Source: a virus
IMG/VR virus record: IMGVR_UViG_3300044615_000494
Direction: 5' to 3' (one strand)
Length of the DNA stretch: 64,000 nt
This document shows, piece after piece, positions 56,225 through 62,793 of this stretch. The position numbers and the translations under genes are program-made. The notes under the pieces are model-generated. The model ran no database searches, was not told the DNA's origin, and worked only from the letters and a program-made list of their open reading frames with translations. How positions within the stretch are numbered: position 1 is the stretch's first letter; each line of letters begins with the position of its first letter.

Positions 56225-57375
56225 TACTCAAACCAGCCCTTACTCTTACCTTTAGGTACCTTTTTAGGATTTGCTTCCCACGATACTTTTGCTTCTTCAC
56301 CGATCTTACCTTCATATGGACAAGGAGTTCCGGCTGCCATCATAGCATCAAATACACGACGGTCTTGACACATAGCCGCTACAGCCGCTACTTTCATGCC
56401 CATGTCGTATAATGTCTTGGATAACTTTAAGCGTTCGCAATTCTCATCACGTAATGTAGAACCAAAACTTATACCAAGAATCTGTGTCTGTGCCGCACCT
56501 GAAACACCCGTTGTACATAAGTCAGCATTACCACCTGACAACATTGCAGGAGCAATCGCTGTTGGTGGAGGTTGAATGACTTTCTGTGTGACAGTTGTTT
56601 CATTGATGTTGCGATTAGTCATCTCGCCTTGTTGTATGTTGACGTTTGTGTTACTGCTAACGTTGTTATTTGTATTAACATTGTTAGATGTTGAAGTGCT
56701 ACTGTTGATGTTTCTGTTAGTCATATCACCGGTATTAACGTTAGTATTGACGTTATTATTAGTGCTTGTGCTAGTAGAAACATTGTTGTTATTATTGGTA
56801 ACACTACCGCTCATCACATTGTTATTAGTATTAACAGATGTGCTAGCATTGTTATTATTGTACGTCATAGTACCACTATTGATGTTATTGTTGGTATTGA
56901 CGGATGTGCTAGCATTGTTATTGTTATAAGTCATAGTACCGCTGTTGACATTATTGTTATTATATGTCATAGTACCGGTATTAACATTGTTATTGTTATT
57001 AGTCATCGTACCATTGTTGGTATTTTGATTGATGTTAGTAACAGTACCACTTTGAATGTTATTGTTTGTATTAACATTCGTTGATGTACTTGTGTTATTG
57101 TTATTATTGTTACTATTAACCGTACTAATGCTAGTACTATTATTATTAGTAGTAGTCATGTTTGTAGTGTTAACACTACTGGTACTATTACTTGTGCTAT
57201 TCGTATCAACTAAAGAGGTAGTTGTATAACCTCCTTGGTTGATAGGAGTAGTGGTACTAGTTGTCGTGCCACCACTAGTAGCCTGAGTGCTTGTATTTGT
57301 TGTGGTTTGTGCATATGCCGGAACGCTGCCTATAAAGGCAGCGATTGTGGCCAACACAAGGATCTTTTTTATCAT
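56224..57375 (-). CDS. Secreted Asn/Thr-rich repeat protein with a Cys-containing C-terminal domain
   Basis: Signal peptide; NNNNVN(T/S)GTMTY repeats; C-terminal PPPTAIAP...C...CER...MCQD...GTPCP. Confidence 0.75.
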   Translation of the reverse strand: MIKKILVLATIAAFIGSVPAYAQTTTNTSTQATSGGTTTSTTTPINQGGYTTTSLVDTNSTSNSTSSVNTTNMTTTNNNSTSISTVNSNNNNNNTSTSTNVNTNNNIQSGTVTNINQNTNNGTMTNNNNNVNTGTMTYNNNNVNSGTMTYNNNNASTSVNTNNNINSGTMTYNNNNASTSVNTNNNVMSGSVTNNNNNVSTSTSTNNNVNTNVNTGDMTNRNINSSTSTSNNVNTNNNVSSNTNVNIQQGEMTNRNINETTVTQKVIQPPPTAIAPAMLSGGNADLCTTGVSGAAQTQILGISFGSTLRDENCERLKLSKTLYDMGMKVAAVAAMCQDRRVFDAMMAAGTPCPYEGKIGEEAKVSWEANPKKVPKGKSKGWFE

Positions 57376-57462
57376 TTTTATTGTTCCCTGTATAAGCCGA
57401 AGAGGTTTTACCTCTCGGTATGCTTATATTTATGCGGAAACAGTGTAAAAAAGACTCAGCAG

Positions 57463-57654
57463 TTAACGGCGGCGATTGCTAGCGAGGGTTATCAACTTCT
57501 GCATGTTGTCAAACAAATCAGGATCTAAACTATATAGGTCTTGCACCCACTGTTTTAAATCTATTTTTCTTAAATTGCGGCGTATGTCTGCCGCCTCACG
57601 ATCATAGATGTCTAAGTCATCCCATTCGTTTTTTGGTTTATCATGATCGTGCAT
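57463..57654 (-). CDS. Hypothetical protein
   Basis: MHDHDKPKNEWDDLDIY; start uncertain. Confidence 0.5.
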   Translation of the reverse strand: MHDHDKPKNEWDDLDIYDREAADIRRNLRKIDLKQWVQDLYSLDPDLFDNMQKLITLASNRRR

Positions 57655-57838
57655 CCAAGAACTCCAACTGTCCGTCATTGAATATATGTAGCATGCCGGG
57701 ATAGTCAGCAAACTCAAACACATATCTAATATCACCGCGAGTAGTAATCGCAGTACCTACAATCACACCGGCTGCCTGATATGTGCCACCTACTTTTTGT
57801 ACCTTGTCACCTATTTTAAATTTAAAATCAGTTGTCAT
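57641..57838 (-). CDS. DfrB/R67-DHFR-like SH3-fold protein
   Basis: FKIGDKVQKVGG...GVIVG...RYVFEFADYPGMLHIF...LE aligns by eye with R67 FGMGDRVRKKSG..GQIVG..YAVESEAHPGSVQIY..LE. Confidence 0.55.
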   Translation of the reverse strand: MTTDFKFKIGDKVQKVGGTYQAAGVIVGTAITTRGDIRYVFEFADYPGMLHIFNDGQLEFLDARS

Positions 57839-58068
57839 ACGTAATCCTTTAGTCCAAAATGTGCGCGAATCTTATCACCGTAACTTTTATAGGGATAACT
57901 GCTATCTTGTTCAGCAATCTTTGCACACTCTTCAATAATATTTTCAGCGAACCTTTGTAATCTCTCTGAGTTCACTTCGGGGTAAGTGCTACCGCCGGTC
58001 TGTAAAGCAATCTCATAGACCTTGTTGGTCATGCCTTTTGGTTTGTGTCTGTTGTAATCGTAGTTCAT
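57835..58068 (-). CDS. Small protein, MNERI...HFG family (dispersed copy 4)
   Basis: LQRFAENIIEECAKIA...IRAHFGL; TAAAAT-6-ATG. Confidence 0.65.
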   Translation of the reverse strand: MNYDYNRHKPKGMTNKVYEIALQTGGSTYPEVNSERLQRFAENIIEECAKIAEQDSSYPYKSYGDKIRAHFGLKDYV

Positions 58069-58106
58069 GATACTATTTTATCATGAATATTGAAAATGTC
58101 AATATT

Positions 58107-58562
58107 TTATTTGCACCAACTCTGCTTTGCTTCACCATAATACTCACGGGCATAACCCTTATTGATGAGTAACATGCGTAAACTCTGGCCATCGATGATG
58201 ACATCGCCCAATACACGACCACCATACTTGTCCCAATCCATTAGTACAATTTGTAGTTTCTGTGCTTTGGATATGCTATCTTTAGTGAAGTTAGTAGCAG
58301 CCTTGCCCAATAAATCTTCGCTCTGACATTGTGCGCGGTGTCCCTTCTCAGGAGTATCGACACCGAATACACGAATACTAAGTTCTTTCTTTAGTGGATC
58401 TGGTAAGAAGGGTGCTTGGAAAGCAACAGTATCACCGTCTATCACACGCAAGATAGTTGCGTCATAAGTTACACCGGGCTTTTGTTTTTGAGCAAAGGCA
58501 TCAGTAACACTTAGTGCAAGTGTTACAGATAATAAAAAACCTACGATCTTACTTGTCATCAT
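58107..58562 (-). CDS. Thermonuclease (SNase family), secreted
   Basis: Signal peptide; LRVIDGDTV; IRVFGVDTPE; DKYGGRVLG; LINKGYAREY. Confidence 0.88.
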   Translation of the reverse strand: MMTSKIVGFLLSVTLALSVTDAFAQKQKPGVTYDATILRVIDGDTVAFQAPFLPDPLKKELSIRVFGVDTPEKGHRAQCQSEDLLGKAATNFTKDSISKAQKLQIVLMDWDKYGGRVLGDVIIDGQSLRMLLINKGYAREYYGEAKQSWCK

Positions 58563-58935
58563 AGTCACCGGCGAATCCTGACATATAACGATCACCCTTA
58601 ATCTTCATGTCTGGTTTAGCGGCTGCTTGTGCATTGATAACTGACATCAATCCTTCTAGGCTCTCTATCGCCTTATTCTGCATCATCTCTTTTTCTTGAG
58701 GCTTAGCGGTCATGTATTTCTTAACGAATGTAACAATATCCGGAATATCAAGCATATGCTTGCTACCATCTTTGAATCTAAATTCGTAATTACCGTCTGT
58801 GTCTACGGCTTTGCGCATCTGCATTAGTATGTGAGGAATCTTATCTAGATCAGCATCCTGCGCAGGGGCATCGTCTTCATCGTCCCAGTCGTTTTGGGGA
58901 CGCTTTTTCGCTTCAATAACTTCAAAAATCTTCAT
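58549..58935 (-). CDS. Hypothetical protein with leader MKIFEVIE|A
   Basis: CTS-like leader; TAAATA upstream. Confidence 0.7.
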   Translation of the reverse strand: MKIFEVIEAKKRPQNDWDDEDDAPAQDADLDKIPHILMQMRKAVDTDGNYEFRFKDGSKHMLDIPDIVTFVKKYMTAKPQEKEMMQNKAIESLEGLMSVINAQAAAKPDMKIKGDRYMSGFAGDYDDK

Positions 58936-58995
58936 GTCTAATCCTCACAATAGTATTATGTATTTATCAAGCCACTAATTATAACATGGATCTTG

Positions 58996-59820
58996 TTACT
59001 TCAACTTAGTTTTGGTAACCTTCTGTAATAGTGCCCAGGCCTCTTCTTCTTTTCCGGCTGCTATGAGTTTCTTCATCAAAGCCCATAATTCAGGGCTAGC
59101 GATTTGCTTGAATTTTATCATTTCCATGGCCCCTAGATTACCCACATATGACGCTTCATTTGTTTTTTTCTGGCTTCCGATCCATTCTTTTGCGGCAGGT
59201 CTTGTTGGAGGTTCTGCGACAAATTGCTTTAGTCTACTATATGTTTTGTTGATCTGTTCCTCTGTCGCTTCTCTATCGCCGCTGTTGTCGATAATGCTTA
59301 GAAATTTAAATATATTAGCAAAACGACCTATATTGTCCTGAACATCATACCAACTATTAGTCACTATTTTATCAGGAACAGTTCTTGATCTCATTTGATT
59401 GCGTTGTCTTGCTACGTCAAGTTTGGTGTTCACTACCACTAGATAACAATCATATCCTAGTTGTTCAAAATTCTTTTTAAGATTGGCAATCTTATCATAA
59501 TCATCGCCGGTACCGTCTATATGAATACCTAGTCTACCCTCAAGTGCAAGATCACTTTTTTTGCTTGTGATCTGTTTGGCTCTTGCTCGTACTGTGTCAC
59601 GCTTTTCTTTTTCTTCAGGGGGCATCTTGGGATCGATGTCGTGTTTCTTCATCATGTATTCGAATGCTACGTCACTATTGATTGTGACCAAACCCATAGC
59701 ATTCAGTCCTAAACGGTCTGATACATAACTCTTGCCGCTGCCAGGGCCACCGATAACAAATACTACCTTAAAGATAGCAGGGTCGTTGATACCTTCTTGT
59801 ACGAATTCACTTGCTCTCAT
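58996..59820 (-). CDS. P-loop kinase (zeta-toxin/AAA_33-like) with leader MRASEFVQE|G
   Basis: VFVIGGPGSGKS; INSD; IHIDGT; VARQRNQMRSRTVP. Confidence 0.75.
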   Translation of the reverse strand: MRASEFVQEGINDPAIFKVVFVIGGPGSGKSYVSDRLGLNAMGLVTINSDVAFEYMMKKHDIDPKMPPEEKEKRDTVRARAKQITSKKSDLALEGRLGIHIDGTGDDYDKIANLKKNFEQLGYDCYLVVVNTKLDVARQRNQMRSRTVPDKIVTNSWYDVQDNIGRFANIFKFLSIIDNSGDREATEEQINKTYSRLKQFVAEPPTRPAAKEWIGSQKKTNEASYVGNLGAMEMIKFKQIASPELWALMKKLIAAGKEEEAWALLQKVTKTKLK

Positions 59821-60395
59821 TTCACACCTATCTTCATATATCTTGTGTAACTTGTTTCTGGATCTGTAAAATCTTTACTACCTAAATAATTTACTTTACG
59901 CATTGGAAATAAATCTGTAAATTGTTCTAGGTCTGCTATTTTTGTTACTGCCCCGCTTGCTTGGTCTCTTCCTTGAACTATCACTCTATATCCATCTGGT
60001 ACTACATTATACCAAGTGGACTTCATGTCATTGACACTAGTATTGATTATGATTCCGGGCTTGTCATATATCACATCTCTAGCATCAGTATTTAAAAATA
60101 TCAACTTCCCCGGTTTAAAAAATGGTTTCAGCAACTCGTGGCTAGTTTCAAGTTTATCTTCGTCATTTTCTACTAATACGATATGATCAAATATCACACC
60201 TTCTTTTTGCAATAACATAGCAAGGTTACCATACCAACTACCTAATATATAGATAGTTCTAGCGCATTTCCCGCCTAATCCTTCTTTTAATTTTTTGCAT
60301 AACCAAGTCTTGCTTTGTATAAGATCATCCGTGAAGCTACCTTCCAGTGTGTCCGGGCTTGATTCTTCTATTTCTGCAAATTCTACGATACGCAT
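59817..60395 (-). CDS. Class I SAM methyltransferase-like protein with leader MRIVEFAEIEE|S
   Basis: IYILGSWYG; VLVEND; IINTS; TAAATA-5-ATG. Confidence 0.6.
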   Translation of the reverse strand: MRIVEFAEIEESSPDTLEGSFTDDLIQSKTWLCKKLKEGLGGKCARTIYILGSWYGNLAMLLQKEGVIFDHIVLVENDEDKLETSHELLKPFFKPGKLIFLNTDARDVIYDKPGIIINTSVNDMKSTWYNVVPDGYRVIVQGRDQASGAVTKIADLEQFTDLFPMRKVNYLGSKDFTDPETSYTRYMKIGVK

Positions 60396-60410
60396 TATAT
60401 TATTTATCTA

Positions 60411-61046
60411 CTACTCCCTGATCGCAAGGTCTATAAAACGCTGTTCATATCTGCTAAAATTAGACCAAATCTCTATTATGCTATCAGGGATCACGGGTAA
60501 TTCTTCATACTTGAACAGTCTAGTGATGAATTGATAACGCCTGTCATACTTGATCTTGGGGTTGGGTATATACCAACTAGGGGGAAGGTGATCAAAATAG
60601 TTATTTAAATTCCCATGGTCGACTGGTACCGGTAGTTGATAGCCCTTGAAAGTCAGAATGCTTTCATTGTCTTTCTTTATCTTTAGTGAAGTTCTGTTTA
60701 AAGATATGTTGTCGTGTTTTTTATAGATTAACTTACAGTGATTGTCACCACCACGCCAAGCCATCGTGTTCTCTATCAAATCATCAATGTCTATGCCGAC
60801 ATCGTGAAGTAATATTTTAATTATTCTATAGTCATCTACATCAATGGATGCAGTACCGCTCAGATAGTGATTTAGTATTATAGAGCAGTCATTGTTTAGA
60901 TTTGTTGCAGGAAAATTCTTTAAATAACCATCATAAGAAAATACATGATTAGTGAATTTGCCGAATCTAACCGGCATCGCGTTTATCTTATAGCCGTATT
61001 CTTCAAATAATAGTCCGGCTTCTCGCACATCATCCGGAAAGTTCAT
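60411..61046 (-). CDS. Prim-pol (bifunctional primase/polymerase N-terminal)-like protein
   Basis: KINAMP; ASIDVDD; HCKLIY; DHLPPS. Confidence 0.4.
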   Translation of the reverse strand: MNFPDDVREAGLLFEEYGYKINAMPVRFGKFTNHVFSYDGYLKNFPATNLNNDCSIILNHYLSGTASIDVDDYRIIKILLHDVGIDIDDLIENTMAWRGGDNHCKLIYKKHDNISLNRTSLKIKKDNESILTFKGYQLPVPVDHGNLNNYFDHLPPSWYIPNPKIKYDRRYQFITRLFKYEELPVIPDSIIEIWSNFSRYEQRFIDLAIRE

Positions 61047-61050
61047 GCAA

Positions 61051-61491
61051 TTATGCGCGTTCTTTCTTTAGTATGCTCTTGATCATCCAAGCATGTTTAG
61101 CATGTGCATCCATGCGTTCTGCGATATAGTTCTCTATACCATAATTGTTTTCATTTTTAGCGTGACTCATGCATTCACCTAAACAATGTAACACTAATTC
61201 ATTATCATGTAACAACTCTGCAAACATTAGTTCTGCTCTTGGGATCATGGTCTGACCTTTGATATCGCTCAATTCAACAAAACGTTCCATGCTTCCTGGA
61301 GTATAACTATCAAGTGTTCTGATATATTCAGCAGTCTTATCTAATGATGCATATACTTCAGCGTATAAATTACCGAAGAAATCGTGATACTGAGGGAAGT
61401 TTGGGCCCTCAACGTTCCAGTGGAACTGTTGCGCTTTGATCACAAACGCATAACTATTTGCTAATAAATGTTTTAAACTATCTGCTAACAT
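61051..61491 (-). CDS. dps: Dps-family ferritin-like DNA-protection protein
   Basis: QFHWNVEGPNFPQYHDFF; DKTAEYIR; HAKHAWMIKS. Confidence 0.9.
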   Translation of the reverse strand: MLADSLKHLLANSYAFVIKAQQFHWNVEGPNFPQYHDFFGNLYAEVYASLDKTAEYIRTLDSYTPGSMERFVELSDIKGQTMIPRAELMFAELLHDNELVLHCLGECMSHAKNENNYGIENYIAERMDAHAKHAWMIKSILKKERA

Positions 61492-61497
61492 ATTCTT

Positions 61498-61638
61498 TTA
61501 CCTTTTACAAATCTCGTCACTTACTCTAGTCTTATATATCTCAGGAAATATTCCATGTATCAATAGTATGATCGCCCATCTCCAGGCTCTATATAAATGT
61601 TGAAAATATCCTATGTTATTTTCCTTTAAGTGACTCAT
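61498..61638 (-). CDS. Small DUF6356-like protein (46 aa), paralog of 3799..4041
   Basis: Hand translation MSHLKENNIGYFQHLYRAWRWAIILLIHGIFPEIYKTRVSDEICKR. Confidence 0.55.
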   Translation of the reverse strand: MSHLKENNIGYFQHLYRAWRWAIILLIHGIFPEIYKTRVSDEICKR

Positions 61639-62236
61639 TTCTTTTTACTTCGTTTTGCAAACCTTTCATTATAGAACTTTCTTTAGTAGGCTTGTCAAAT
61701 TCTTTTTTAGTAGCACGAACTATACCGCTGAAACGTTTGTTGCCGCGTTCGAAATCACCTTCTTTGTCTGCTTTACTTGCATCAGCGCCTGCGGCTTTTT
61801 TATATCTTGCTAATGTTTCAGGACTTAATTCATCAAGTTGTTCTTTATCTGTGCCTGCTGATTTAGGTGTGAACTTGCGATAACTCTGACCCATGCCGCC
61901 CGGTGTGTTAATTTTTTCACCTAATGGTTTTTCGATTACTTTTTCCATTGGGCTCTTTTCGATTCCTAGTCCTGAACCACCAGTAATACCTGCGCTATAA
62001 CCTTCTTCTACAGATTTAGCCTTCATCGCTTTGCTCAATGCAAACAATGCATTATAGAATTGCTCTGTCTTATATGCAGCCTTGATGAATTCTTCGCTCT
62101 GTATCATATCATTGAAATCTTTTGCAAGTTCTTTAACATGGCGCTTTAACATTTCTAATGGAACAGTGCCGTAACCAGGTACATTTACCTGGAAATCATT
62201 TTGCTCATTCTGTAATCCTTTTATGATACTACTCAT
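61616..62236 (-). CDS. Modular putative head protein with xxE|G/L motifs and a terminal repeat SSIxKGLQNE
   Basis: MSSIIKGLQNE at the N-terminus and ESSIMKGLQNE near the C-terminus; SVEE|GY; QLDE|LSPETLARYKK. Confidence 0.7.
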   Translation of the reverse strand: MSSIIKGLQNEQNDFQVNVPGYGTVPLEMLKRHVKELAKDFNDMIQSEEFIKAAYKTEQFYNALFALSKAMKAKSVEEGYSAGITGGSGLGIEKSPMEKVIEKPLGEKINTPGGMGQSYRKFTPKSAGTDKEQLDELSPETLARYKKAAGADASKADKEGDFERGNKRFSGIVRATKKEFDKPTKESSIMKGLQNEVKRNESLKGK

Positions 62237-62793
62237 TATTTGTCTCTCTTACTCTTAGTTGCTACATTCTTTGCTTTACCGCTACGCTCTGGATTAGGAT
62301 CTTCTCTACGCTTACGTGCTGCCGCGCTTGCACGACCCTTCTTGCCTAGGCTATGTGCTTTGCTTTGTGGCAAGCACTTGGGCTTACCCTCACTACTACT
62401 ACCTCTAGCACATGAGCCACGAATCTTTCCATCTGGGCCGAAACGAACCCACTTCTCTTTAAACCACTTGCGTAAATCTTCTTCTAGTTCTTGTTCACTT
62501 AGTTTCTTTTCTAAGCCTTGAACATTTGTATTCTTGTCTGGTTCTGGTGCTAAACGCTTTTTAGCATCAGGCATAAACTTGTCTATAGTCTTTAGTGTTA
62601 ACGGACCTAACACGCCATCAACATCTAAGTTAGCATTGAACTTATCGTTTAAGAAATTTTGAATCTTACGTACACGCTCATCGCTTATCTGATCTTCGCT
62701 GACCTTTTTGCAACTACCAGGTGTGTTGGCTTTGGTACCTGGCACACGCCTGTAACCTTTCCAACATGCTTCTAGTATTTGACGATATCTCAT
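62236..62793 (-). CDS. Modular putative head protein containing a peptidoglycan-binding-like module
   Basis: MRYRQILE|ACWKGY; VRKIQNFL..NLDVDGVLGPLT; ELEE|DLRKWFKEKW...KPKCLP. Confidence 0.7.
   Translation of the reverse strand: MRYRQILEACWKGYRRVPGTKANTPGSCKKVSEDQISDERVRKIQNFLNDKFNANLDVDGVLGPLTLKTIDKFMPDAKKRLAPEPDKNTNVQGLEKKLSEQELEEDLRKWFKEKWVRFGPDGKIRGSCARGSSSEGKPKCLPQSKAHSLGKKGRASAAARKRREDPNPERSGKAKNVATKSKRDK

Noticed and set aside
56700-57200. Tandem DNA repeats as a CRISPR or VNTR element
   Set aside because: The repeats are in-frame, degenerate at synonymous positions and explained by the Asn/Thr-rich protein
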